In this document: piece by piece, positions 63,171 through 64,000 of the stretch
Layout of the letters: each line of letters begins with the position of its first letter
Position numbering within the stretch: the first letter of the stretch is position 1
Assembly (NCBI RefSeq): GCF_006345805.1
Contig: NC_042997.1
Location: 91,636,001-91,700,000 of the forward strand
Length of the DNA stretch: 64,000 nt
Source: Octopus sinensis
Taxonomy: Eukaryota
Direction: 5' to 3'
Notes under the pieces: generated by a model
The model's input: only the letters and a program-made list of their open reading frames with translations
Database searches by the model: none
What the model was told of the DNA's origin: nothing
Made by a program: the position numbers and the translations under genes

Positions 63171-64000
63171 TATAAAAGAAATACAATGTTCCTAATACTC
63201 TGATTTGCTATTCATAGGTAAGTATTATTTTTATGATTTAAATAAATAAGTACAGTACACACTCAAGAAATATGGTATAAGTTATATTTGAGAAAAACGT
63301 CTAACAAGTATTCTTTAAAAGTAAAATTTTCAAAAAAGACCGATATATTTTAGAGAAATATTGTTCATTTATCCCAGATGTCTCTCTCTCTCTATCTACC
63401 TCTCTCTTTATAGGTGGTGGTCATGGATCTCCATGCCAAAGTTTCTCTTTTCCCTGTTAATAAAATTTTATATTGACTCCCGGCTATAAAAGAGGCACAG
63501 GCCCGAAGTCACGTGTTGTGGATTCAAACAAAGACCATATGGCCTCGATACAACCTTCTTAACCGCATGACCGTAGATTTATACAAAGAAAAATAGAGTA
63601 AAAGTGTCATAAAATAGATTGTTTCAGATGCAGATCTAGACCAGCTTTTACTCTATCGCTAAAACTGAGGTGTCAGACGAAATTAACCATAGCAGGATTT
63701 GAACTAAGAGTGTAGACAGAGAAGAATCTAAATAGCAGTTTATCACTTGGGTAAAAATAAAACCCAAAAGTTTTAGGGAGTCAACAACAATTATATAGGC
63801 CTCAGTACTTAGCTGGTGTTTTGTTTTAGCGAGCCAATATTGGCTTCAAATTTTGGCAACAAGTTCGGAGGAGGGTTTAAGTAGATTACATCAACCCCAG
63901 TCCTCAACTGGTACTTATCTTATCGACCTCGAAAGGATGCAAGGCAAAGTCGAATTTGACGGAATATGAACTGAGAACCTAAAGACGGACGAAATACCGC

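Overview
Eukaryotic, AT-rich, microsatellite- and transposon-dense genomic DNA. The SINE, RTE and Penelope families look cephalopod, probably Octopus (inferred from repeat families, not searched). Three spliced protein-coding genes could be assembled by hand from GT-AG exons with consistent phases. (1) The last 9 coding exons of an axonemal dynein heavy chain, DNAH10-like (+, 2169..32199, 667 aa + stop). (2) A two-exon, 121-aa orphan single-pass membrane protein (+, 53432..57700). (3) The last two exons of an M14A carboxypeptidase with B-type Asp255 and an Arg-rich C-terminal tail (-, 62881..60572); these exons are absent from the supplied ORF track. The rest is decayed CR1, RTE, R4/Dong, Jockey/I-like and Penelope retroelements, mariner, Tigger, hAT, piggyBac-like and Helitron-like DNA elements, many SINEs and several long inverted repeats. 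The most unusual non-genic item is a 2.4-kb unit (46912..49290) bounded by 75-bp direct repeats that carries a CCHC gag-like ORF and a minimal hammerhead ribozyme motif. Further degenerate hammerhead motifs occur in Penelope-type repeats. No rRNA, true tRNA or CRISPR array was seen. TE boundaries are approximate unless TIR/TSD coordinates are given.
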